Assembly (NCBI GenBank): GCA_964373875.1
Contig: CAYJWH010000003.1
Location: 1 to 42,894, forward strand
DNA from: an uncultured Candidatus Saccharibacteria bacterium
Lineage (GTDB): Bacteria > Patescibacteriota > Minisyncoccia > Sungbacterales > HO2-52-23
Reading direction: 5' to 3'
Length of the DNA: 42,894 nt
How positions within the stretch are numbered: the stretch's first letter is position 1; every line of letters starts with the position of its first letter. The notes under the pieces were generated by a model that ran no database searches, was not told where the DNA came from, and saw only the letters and a list, made by a program, of their open reading frames with translations. This document shows positions 25,101 through 32,600 of this stretch, in pieces. A program made the translations under genes and the position numbers.

Positions 25101-25826
25101 GTTTTTCCAATAGGAGACTTTTGGTTCCTGAAATTCCTTTTTGAAAATTGTGTCTTTGCTAAAAAAGTTATTGTTTGAATATCTGGAAACTGAATCAAAG
25201 TATTGCCCTAGATCAGCAAAAGATAAAACACTGTCTCTGCTTGTAAATTTAAAGTTTTCTTTAGTGAATTTCTTTGCCCAAGTTTCATAAGGACTGCCCC
25301 AATGAAACATAGATGGATGTGGATCGTTTCTTGTATGATCAGGAACAGCCATATCTTCAATCAAATGCAGCATGTGGCCCAATGATTCAAACCCCCTATT
25401 TTTATCGCCCCAAGCATATTCATAAATCGCTCGGTCCCATGAATAATCTTTTACGCCACTGAAAAAGTCTTTAAGAACTCCAGCAAACGCGCTGTCTGTA
25501 AAGCCGCTCTGGGCTTTTGTATTTACCGCCCATTCTTTAGCGTTCATCCATTCTGCGTAGTAAGTAAAACCTCGGTTATGTACCGGGTCGTAAAAATGAT
25601 GCATCCATCGTATTCCCAAGTCTTCGTCAATAGACCCTTGGATTATTTTTTCTGTCTCGTCGCTAGGTAACTTATTTGGAGAAGTTAAATTATAAAAATT
25701 TACTATTTCTTGGGTAAGAACTGGGTGAGTAGTTTTGTCGTCATAGCCAGATACAAAAAGAGGGAACACAAGCAATATCCCTCCAAGCATAATCTTTATC
25801 GAAGTTAGAGTCCTCGAATTTTCCAT
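22176..25826 (-). CDS. Giant secreted protein: Zn-dependent PLC/P1-nuclease-like domain, P/S linker, Ig-like region, lamin-tail domain, two right-handed beta-helix modules
   Basis: HHFYDP and HLIEDMAVPDH (H-x3-D-x5-H); INEIAWAGT...DEWIELYN (LTD); duplicated GTSxxKxxFTSxxDDxxGGDTNxDGSASS modules; NNTFSxN PbH1-like repeats. Confidence 0.8.
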   Translation of the reverse strand: MENSRTLTSIKIMLGGILLVFPLFVSGYDDKTTHPVLTQEIVNFYNLTSPNKLPSDETEKIIQGSIDEDLGIRWMHHFYDPVHNRGFTYYAEWMNAKEWAVNTKAQSGFTDSAFAGVLKDFFSGVKDYSWDRAIYEYAWGDKNRGFESLGHMLHLIEDMAVPDHTRNDPHPSMFHWGSPYETWAKKFTKENFKFTSRDSVLSFADLGQYFDSVSRYSNNNFFSKDTIFKKEFQEPKVSYWKNEVLGDELTYSFGYSENGHRLVARRVSNWRALIDEEYIINDPDSLILNDYWNLLSKQVVLHGAGVVKLFFDEVEKEKQTKVLYDKNRSWISKQIDSLKNTASLVAGIFKPAEREEGQTASIVTATLSEKLVLPSPPSVATTPITPVESVASPEPIRSTQPPAIPQKPISPSTPPSQISSFPMGAAGSGLDKISPPKPMIFSPAGDNQIFTATTVTFKGRAEKNSTVTNNLNSQTTTTDSSEDYGFWTLTLNSLPQGTSTIEFLSTDASSNTSEGIPRTIFVDSIGPSSSLTVSQCNQSLSLTDCLIATTTVTIEWSSSASDTSYYIIECENSGSKCPNFNFEKTTATTTTFTAPQNDTIYIFKAKAVDKYGNEGTQQSKTVEMISRPVIINEIAWAGTSATRDQDEWIELYNSTSKTVDISQMKLKSQTDNKPNISLSGTIPAKGYYLIERTNDNTISDITASTTSSFGNSSGAGLINTGEVLAIEYKGAVIDQTPAINACSGWCGGSDSTYYTMERYDPLASGTSTTNWGTWTGFLNNGLNADGAAIKGTPGKRNSINYLITKDAGPLNQNKALTKANSPYLINNNLTIGSEATTTLTIEPGVVIKFMNDSSLTVNSGKILAQGTSDDKIIFTSFQDDIHAGDTNQDGSASSAQAGNWRGIKILADGSIFDRTIIRYGGANVSDYQANLRVENASTTITNSVFEHARNYGAWLKGATTTVSANTFQNNSTTTSSIGLLVTDGAVTIQNNTFSSNTYGLRMLSAGAIHSLSVLNNTFSQNTEEAIDANNVFPIFSGNTASNNGTNGILHQGVISQNYSFSANLPYKISTGLGVLASTTLTLDAGVILKFTNSGSLTVQGNLIANGTSANKVVFTSIKDDSYGGDTNNDGSASSPQKADWNQVHLENATATSTIVHSVFSYGTTGLKLTNSSATLDNILFKTNTTGIKSVGTSTTTATNITFDGNTTDDDPSNLIP

Positions 25827-26272
25827 CTATTAGAAGAAGTTTTGACAAGATCAATGGTTGTGACAGCCTCTCCTTTTTCATTTCCTGCTGTAAAAAAGAT
25901 TTGACCTTCTGTTTGTGATTTATATTTCCTTGCTCTTGTTAAATCTGCGATCATTTCATCAATAAGCCCCTTCTCCTGTATCTTCGCCAAATCCTCCCTC
26001 CACTGCTCCTGATCCTCAATCAAGAAATACCTCGCCGCCAAATCCGTATCTCCTTTCTTCAGTGCCTCAATAAATAGTTGAAGCGTCTCCTCCGGAGTAG
26101 AACCGCCGTATGGATCTTCGGCATATTGTTTCTCAAGATTTTTAAAATATTCAGTTGCCTGATACTCCGGGCTGGTTTTATTTCGCCAGTACTGGACTCC
26201 ATAAAGCGCCGCAACTCCCAAAGCCACGATTCCCAGCGCAATTATCAAAAACTTAAAAATATTTCGTAACAT
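25805..26272 (-). CDS. Membrane-anchored hypothetical protein, overlaps the start of the giant gene by 22 nt
   Basis: N-terminal TM FLIIALGIVALGVAALYG; co-oriented, probable operon. Confidence 0.55.
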   Translation of the reverse strand: MLRNIFKFLIIALGIVALGVAALYGVQYWRNKTSPEYQATEYFKNLEKQYAEDPYGGSTPEETLQLFIEALKKGDTDLAARYFLIEDQEQWREDLAKIQEKGLIDEMIADLTRARKYKSQTEGQIFFTAGNEKGEAVTTIDLVKTSSNRWKIRGL

Positions 26273-26338
26273 AGCCCCATAGTTGCAGAGCCGTATATCT
26301 CTGTAAAGTCAGCTAAAACAGGCAAGCTGTTCACAACC

Positions 26339-26347
26339 TGTGGATAA
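26339..26347 (-). promoter_or_regulatory. Perfect DnaA-box 9-mer (TGTGGATAA on the + strand)
   Basis: Exact match, abutting the REP at 26348. Confidence 0.3.
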
Positions 26348-26370
26348 CTATAGAGGTTTAGCCTCTATAG
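26348..26370 (+). repeat. REP copy (perfect) spanning the RAYT stop codon
   Basis: CTATAGAGG-TTTAG-CCTCTATAG. Confidence 0.95.
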
Positions 26371-27042
26371 TGGATCTATGTATCCAGTGAGGAGGTTGAT
26401 ATCCTTCAAGGCCCATTCTTTGGTAAAGGATTCGTATTGAGATGAGTTGTATAGTTCACCCATCACCTCTTTATTGAGAATTAGCCCATAATTATTTTGC
26501 CCAATATAGTCAGAAAAACTTGACCACGGATAGCTTTTCACAAATTTATAGGACTCGTTCCAGTTTTTTACACCCTTTTCTTTCCAGTTAGGTTCTTTAA
26601 GTTCAAGGGGATTAAGATGAATGTATCGGGTAAGGTGAGTCAGATAGGTTTCTTCATCAATATGAATCGCCTTAAATGTACCTTGGAAGAGGGAACCGCT
26701 ACGTTGATATTTTGTATTGAAATACATAGTGTAGCCGGTACCCAGTTTTTGCATAAATTTTGAAATTCCGTTGTCTACCCTCTGCCGCAGTAATAGGTGA
26801 AAGTGATTAGACATAAGGCAAAAGCTCAAAATATCTACCATCATTTCCCGTTTCCTCTTCTCTATAGAGGCTAAACCTCTATAGTAGAACTGGGAATTTA
26901 GGAGCGGCTGGGTGTCGTTGCATGCATAGAGGAGATAGAGGAATCGTTGGTAGTCGTTCTTCTTGGTAAAAGTTATCCTCTTATCAACCCCGCGATTATA
27001 CACGTGGTAGTATTGCTCATTACTTAATTCAACTTTTCGCAT
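26365..27042 (-). CDS. REP-associated tyrosine transposase (RAYT; IS200-like Y1 HUH enzyme)
   Basis: YHVYNRG, HUH motif NHFHLLL, catalytic Tyr in TRYIHLNP; flanked by REPs; ATG at 27042 preferred over GTG 27051. Confidence 0.85.
   Translation of the reverse strand: MRKVELSNEQYYHVYNRGVDKRITFTKKNDYQRFLYLLYACNDTQPLLNSQFYYRGLASIEKRKREMMVDILSFCLMSNHFHLLLRQRVDNGISKFMQKLGTGYTMYFNTKYQRSGSLFQGTFKAIHIDEETYLTHLTRYIHLNPLELKEPNWKEKGVKNWNESYKFVKSYPWSSFSDYIGQNNYGLILNKEVMGELYNSSQYESFTKEWALKDINLLTGYIDPL
26862..26884 (-). repeat. REP copy (perfect) inside the RAYT coding sequence
   Basis: CTATAGAGG-CTAAA-CCTCTATAG; on the coding strand encodes YYRGLASI. Confidence 0.95.
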
Positions 27043-27050
27043 ACCTACCA

Positions 27051-27073
27051 CTATAGAGGTTTAGCCTCTATAG
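27051..27073 (+). repeat. REP copy (perfect) 8 nt upstream of the RAYT start
   Basis: CTATAGAGG-TTTAG-CCTCTATAG. Confidence 0.95.
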
Positions 27074-27092
27074 TCAAGTCTCTATAGTCAAG
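27066..27092 (+). repeat. Tandem duplication of the REP 3' arm plus flank (CTCTATAGTCAAG x2)
   Basis: Copies at 27066-27078 and 27080-27092. Confidence 0.8.
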
Positions 27093-27131
27093 AAATTGAC
27101 ATTTTAGGGATTTCTGAATACGCTTGAATTT

Positions 27132-27929
27132 ATGGACTCGCGAATGCCCAAAGAGATACAAAAAAAGGTATTTGAGTTGACTCTGGCCGTATACCGGGTG
27201 ACTGACTTTTTTCCGCAGGGGGAGGCGCTTCGCCGGCATATCCGAGAAAAAACCAATGATGTTTTTGGCATGTGCTCGGAATATTTTTTTTCTTTTGGGG
27301 ATGAAGAAGGCGTGGTCATGCCTGCCCCGCACTGCGGATACGCCGGTGCGGGAATCCTAGCCAAAATTGAGAGTTTAAAGGGTTATATGAATATCGCGAG
27401 ATCCTTGCGATATGTAAAGCCCATAAACCTTACGATTCTTGAGCGGGAATACGACTACATCGCCAAGTTTTTTTCTCAAGAACTTGGCAAAAGAGATGAC
27501 CTGCATACCCGCCAGAATTTTGCCGAGCAAAACTCAAGCGGGCTAGCCTGGGAAGAATTTTCTAAAAGACAGCGGGAAAATGAGCATGTGTCTGATACAA
27601 AAAGCGATGTGTCCGATAAAAATAATGTGGTGGTAAACCCCGTTAGAAAGAAACACGGGATGCCGTCGGCAGAAACCCGCTTTTCTAAAAAAGAGGAAGT
27701 AGGCGGAGAAAATCAACCGGCGTTTCTTTCTAACGTGGTAAATGAGCGCCAGCAGAAAATTGTTGAATATATACAAGAGACCTCGCAGGCCAAGATTAGC
27801 GACTTCTTTAACTCTTTTGCCGATATAAGTTCAAAAACTATTCAAAGAGATTTACAAGATTTAGTAGCTAAAAATATTCTTAAAAAGGAGGGTGAAAAAC
27901 GGTGGACAATATACTCTCTAGTAAATTAA
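27132..27929 (+). CDS. Four-helix-bundle-like N-terminal domain fused to a C-terminal DeoR-type HTH
   Basis: KKVFELTLAVYRVTDFFP ... ; C-terminal RQQKIVEYIQETSQAKISDF...SSKTIQRDLQDLV. Confidence 0.6.
   Translation: MDSRMPKEIQKKVFELTLAVYRVTDFFPQGEALRRHIREKTNDVFGMCSEYFFSFGDEEGVVMPAPHCGYAGAGILAKIESLKGYMNIARSLRYVKPINLTILEREYDYIAKFFSQELGKRDDLHTRQNFAEQNSSGLAWEEFSKRQRENEHVSDTKSDVSDKNNVVVNPVRKKHGMPSAETRFSKKEEVGGENQPAFLSNVVNERQQKIVEYIQETSQAKISDFFNSFADISSKTIQRDLQDLVAKNILKKEGEKRWTIYSLVN
27325..27352. repeat. Mini family-2 hairpin CCCCGCAC-13 nt-GTGCGGG inside CDS 27132-27929
   Basis: Same terminal octamers as the 100-117-bp elements; encodes part of PAPHCGYAGAG. Confidence 0.6.
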
Positions 27930-27955
27930 GTAACCAGTTACTAATAAGTAAACAG

Positions 27956-28834
27956 ATGTCCAATACCATTAAGAAAATAATTATACCGGTAGGCGGATTC
28001 GGCACCCGCTTTCTTCCGGCCACCAAGGCCCAGCCAAAAGAAATGCTCACTGTAGTGGACAAGCCGGTTATCCAATATTTGGTGGAGGAGGCGGCGAATT
28101 CCGGAATCAAAGAAATCATCCTGGTTACCGGAAAGGGGAAGAGGGCCATAGAAGATCACTTTGATCACGCCTTGGAACTTGAGTCTTTTCTTGAGTCTCG
28201 CGGAAAATCAGAACTGGCTAAATCTGTCAGACACATATCTTCCCTGGCTTTTTTTTATTATGTCCGACAGAAAGAGCCCAAGGGAATAGGGGACGCGATC
28301 TTGCAGGCGCGCGGACTTGTTGGAGACGAGCCGGTGGCTATAATGTCCGGAGATGATATCATTGATACTGGTTCAGGAGATCCGGCTTTGAAGCAGTTGA
28401 TAAAGATATATGAGAAATATCAAAAGCCGGTGGTGGCGGTAGTGCGAGTACCCAAAGAAGAAGTGCATAAATACGGAGTTATTGCCGGTAAAGAAGTTGG
28501 ACCTAAAACATGGAAGGTTAGCGGCATGGTGGAAAAGCCAAATACAGAAGATGCCCCCTCAAACTTGGCTATTGTGGTAAAATACATTATCACCCCTGAA
28601 ATTTTTGAGTATTTAGCCAAACAGGAGCCGGTAAATGAGGAGATATACATCAACTTGGCGTGCGATAAGTATATAAAGAATGGGGGAGGGTTTTACGCGT
28701 ATGAAGTTGACGGTACTTGGTACGACTGCGGGACCAAGCTCGGCTTTCTCAAAGCGATAGTAAATTATGGCCTAAAGCACCAGGAGGTAGGGGAAGGGTT
28801 CAGGGAGTACCTAAAGAATGTGGATGTTAAATAA
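27956..28834 (+). CDS. galU: UTP-glucose-1-phosphate uridylyltransferase
   Basis: IIPVGGFGTRFLPATKAQPKEML N-terminal signature from ATG 27956. Confidence 0.9.
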   Translation: MSNTIKKIIIPVGGFGTRFLPATKAQPKEMLTVVDKPVIQYLVEEAANSGIKEIILVTGKGKRAIEDHFDHALELESFLESRGKSELAKSVRHISSLAFFYYVRQKEPKGIGDAILQARGLVGDEPVAIMSGDDIIDTGSGDPALKQLIKIYEKYQKPVVAVVRVPKEEVHKYGVIAGKEVGPKTWKVSGMVEKPNTEDAPSNLAIVVKYIITPEIFEYLAKQEPVNEEIYINLACDKYIKNGGGFYAYEVDGTWYDCGTKLGFLKAIVNYGLKHQEVGEGFREYLKNVDVK

Positions 28835-28836
28835 AG

Positions 28837-28845
28837 TTATCCACA
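28837..28845 (+). promoter_or_regulatory. Perfect DnaA-box 9-mer TTATCCACA(CC)
   Basis: Exact match; inverted partner at 28938-28946. Confidence 0.35.
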
Positions 28846-28865
28846 CCTATGGGGTTGCGTGAATG

Positions 28866-28894
28866 TTGACATAATCTATGATGGAGGTTAGATT
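28866..28894 (+). promoter_or_regulatory. Sigma-70-type promoter TTGACA-17-TAGATT
   Basis: Consensus -35 and exact 17-nt spacer; lies between the two inverted DnaA-like boxes, about 740 nt upstream of CDS 29632. Confidence 0.4.
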
Positions 28895-28937
28895 GGGCTT
28901 TGTGTCTGCTTCAAGCTATCCTAGCTTAAAAACTGGG

Positions 28938-28946
28938 TGTGGATAA
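28938..28946 (-). promoter_or_regulatory. Perfect DnaA-box 9-mer (GGTGTGGATAA on the + strand)
   Basis: Exact match. Confidence 0.35.
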
Positions 28947-29315
28947 ATGGGCTTGAAGACGTATTTGGCGACACATATAATAGATGTACAAGCTATGTTT
29001 ATTCTGTCATAAACGGAAAGAAGAAAGCCATTTTTTGGTTGTCTTTAGATATCAGTTCGGATTTATATGCTGATCTGATATCTGGAGGCAAGACAGATAG
29101 AGACCGCACGGAGAGAACTTTGACAACTTAATGACCAAACGTTTAAAAGTTTAAAGTTTAAACGTTTCAAGTTATAAGTTAATTAGAATTTTTCTGGAGA
29201 TTCAAGGTCCGGTCGGTCCGTCGTGCTTCGCACAGAGTTACCGGTTACCGGTAACTAGTTATTCTGCGCGGAGCGCGGTGGAAATGGCTTGACTCCAATT
29301 GAATTGATTATTAGT

Positions 29316-29420
29316 AAACCCCGCCCTTAACTTTGTGCAGCATTTCCCAAACAATAAAGTAGCTATAAAGATTTTGGTATAAAGCTGGTGCAGATATTGC
29401 ACAAGGTTAAGGGCGGGGTA
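29316..29420. repeat. Family-2 TIR element, copy E (105 bp)
   Basis: AACCCCGCCCTTAACTTTGTGCA ... TGCACAAGGTTAAGGGCGGGGT; interior TTCCCAAACAA.AAA...GCTATAAAG shared with copy C. Confidence 0.9.
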
Positions 29421-29631
29421 AATTAAAAACACTCATCTCGTTACACATTGTCGATGGGTAAAAAAGATGAGTGTACCACCGGAGATTCTCCTCACTATCT
29501 ATAAATGGCAGCGAGGAAGAAATAAAAGCAATTTTATTTCAGCCGAGCGAATCATTTATATAAGTCTATTTCATGCTTATATAACCATAGAAAGGGAGGA
29601 TGAGTTTCCTAAGTAAATATAGGAAAAAATT

Positions 29632-32600
29632 ATGAACATAAAATTAAAAGCGACTACGCTGGTTACTAGCATAGTCCTTTCCGGAGTAGCAGTAGTTGTG
29701 CCTTTTGCGGCAGTGGCGGACCACACAACGGCCCACACCATTGAGCAATTGTCAGCGCAAATTGTAGCTCTCCAAGCACAGCTTACGGCATTGTCCGGCG
29801 CACCAGCCGCACCTGCAGCAGGCGCGTGCTCATTCACTCGTAACCTCTCACGAGGAGTACGCGGTGATGATGTAAAATGTCTTCAAGATAAATTAATCGC
29901 CCAAGGCCATCTTGCCTCGGGCAACAATACTGCTTTCTTTGGTCCTTTGACCCAAGCAGCGGTTGCAAAATGGCAGGCAGCCAACGGAGTAGCACCGGCA
30001 GTAGGATATTTCGGTCCGCTTTCGCAGGCCAAATATAATTCGATGGTAGCGGCAGCTCCTGCAGCTCCTGCAGCTCCTGCAGCTCCTGCAGTACCGGGCG
30101 CGCCAGTAGTAGCAGTCGGTAGCGGCTTGACCGTAACTGCGTCAGCAAACCAGCCCGAAGCAGCGTTAGCGCCACTCAAAGCGGCTCGCGTGCCCATGGT
30201 AAGAGCAATTCTTACTGCTTCAGCCGATGGTGATGTAACGGTTAAATCCGTAACCGTTGAGCGTCAAGGTCTTGCGGACGATGACGCTTTTGACAGCATT
30301 GTCCTTCTTGACCAAGACGGAGTTCAAGTTGGTGATTCCAAAACTCTTAACGCTCTCAACCAAGTGAAGCTCAATGAGTCCTTTGTGGTAAAAGCGGGAA
30401 CCTCCAAGACCATTACGATCGGAGCAAATATGGTATCAACTTCGGGCAGCAATGCTGGACAGGTTGCCAAGTTTGCGATTGTTGCGGTTGACGCAGGTTC
30501 GAGCGCGGTCAATGCCAGTCTTCCGATTGCTGGAAATGGTATGACCATCAACGAATCTTTGTCCCTGGGATCAGTAGATTCTCCGACCCGAGGAGCCAGA
30601 GACCCTGGCGCCGGACGAGATCCGCTTGAAATCGGAACCAAGGGATTCATCGCCTCCGGTGTCAAATGGACTGTCGGCTCTGCCGAACCGGTTATACTTG
30701 AGCAGATGAGGTGGTATCAGTCAGGTTCTGTTGCTTCAGGAGACATTAAGAATGTCAAAGTTGTACTCAAAGATGTTGAGTACGATGCCGCAGTTTCCTC
30801 TGACGGAAAATACTACACAGCCAGATTTGGATCTGGAATAGAGTACGACAAAGGAGCCACCATTGACGCCTACATCAAGGCAGATATAGAGTCCGGTTCT
30901 AATCGAACTGTTGACTTTGATATCCAGAAGAGGACTGACATAGTAGCGCGAGGTAAGACCTTTGGTTACTATATGATCCCGGCCAATGGAACTTCTGATC
31001 CTACGGATGACACTGGAGCATTCTCCAACACCGAACCTTACTACGATGCGTATCAGCACACCATCAGCAAAGGTTCTCTTCGCGTAGAGAAATCCAATGC
31101 TGTTCCGTCGAGCAATATCGCTGAAGACGTATCCGGTACTTCGTTTGGCGCCTTTACTTTCGAAGCAAAGGGCGAGCCGGTGCAGGTATCTTCCTTCAAG
31201 GTCAACGTGATCTTTACAGGAACGGCTACCGCAACAGACATGATCAATATTTCCCTCTACGACAAAAATAACGCTGTAGTGGCAGGACCAAAAGATGGTA
31301 CTGCTTCAGGAATTACTTTTACCGACACCTGGACCGTACCGGTAGGTACCAACGTCTATACCTTGAAAGGTAAGGTTGATACCAGTGCCGCGAATAACGA
31401 CACGATTCAGTTCGCGACCAATCCGAACAGTCATATCACCGCAAAAGGTGAGACGACTGGTTTGACCATTACCGCGACGCCATCAACCGGAGTAACGGCA
31501 AATACCCAGACCGTGAAAACCGCGGCCTTGTCAGTGTCTCTGTCTACGTCTCCGGTCTCGCAAAGCGTAGTGAGAGGAGTAAATGGATTTACCATGGCCA
31601 AACTAGTCTACGATGCCACCGCCTCCGGAGAGGATCTCCGAATCACCTCGCAGGTACTCGGTTTGACTCCGGCCTCGGGTGGACAGGCAAACGACTTGAA
31701 CTCCTGTCAAATTTTTGACGGAGCAGTCGCCCTCAACACCGGTGGCAATGTGACAAACCCCGATGAGACAGCGGCCAACACCGAGGACGCGCTTACTTTC
31801 AACTTTGACACCGGCTTGGTCCTGGCCAAGGGAGTAGTGAAAGTAGTTGACGTGAAGTGTAACATCTCTAATACCCCGGCAGCAGGCGAAACTTTCCGCC
31901 TGGGCCTTACTTCAACCAACAGCGACTCGGCCGTAACTGGATTAAACACAGGAGTTACTGTAACCGAATCGGAAACCCTCAACACGGGACCGACCATGAC
32001 TATCCAGACGGCTGGTACCCTAACTGTTACCAAGGATTCTTCATCGCCCACGGTTCGCTATGGCATTGCCGGAAAGACGGGTGTGGTGATGGGGGTATTG
32101 AAAATCAACGCTACCAACGAGGACATCAAGCTTAATCAAATAGGTTTGATACTCTCTACTTCCACCGCGTCCACTTCCGACGTAGTGAAAGTAACGGTTT
32201 GGGACGGGGCTACCAAAGTCGGCGAGGCCTTCTTTACTGAAGTGACTCTCCCGTCCGGCGGTCCGATTGCCCGTGCGACTTCAACGCTTACAAGCACTTT
32301 CACAATTCCGAAAGATACCGACAAACTGCTTACCGTTAAAGCCGATCTTTCAGCCATCGGAATTTCCGAGGCGGGAACCAGAGGGCGCTTGGTTGAAGTT
32401 AACTACGACGGTGGAGGCGTCTCTACCGAAGGTGCTGGACAGTCGTCTGGTACGACAATCAACCCGACGGCGGGTGCTGTGACCGATGCCGCCGGAGTAC
32501 GTCTGGTAAGAACCGTACCGACTCTTACCAAGTTGTCAGTATTGACTTCTACTTTGTCTAACGTAGAAACGATACTCTACCGCTTTAGCGTAACTGCTGA

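Noticed and set aside
28853-28875. GGGGTTGCGTGAATGTTGACA, loosely reminiscent of a tmRNA 5' end
   Set aside because: No matching 3' T arm/acceptor, tag ORF or pseudoknot signatures were found downstream. The TTGACA is better read as a -35 box.
28937-29131. 64-aa ORF in the long region upstream of the surface-protein gene
   Set aside because: It has a GTG/TTG-type start within the DnaA-like box and no SD. The composition and context fit a leader or ncRNA region better.
28837-29170. Replication origin (two DnaA boxes plus the AT-rich GTTTAAA x3 palindrome at 29138-29168)
   Set aside because: There are only two boxes in this interval and no dnaA/dnaN or other origin-linked genes nearby. The other boxes are scattered over 18 kb. 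GC-skew analysis of the full replicon is needed.
29600-29635. 11-codon uORF (MSFLSKYRKKL) whose TGA overlaps the ATG of the surface-protein gene (ATGA)
   Set aside because: The only SD (GGGAGG, 29594-29599) abuts the uORF ATG with zero spacing, which is unfavourable for initiation. It cannot be supported without ribosome profiling, and the coupling idea remains speculative.
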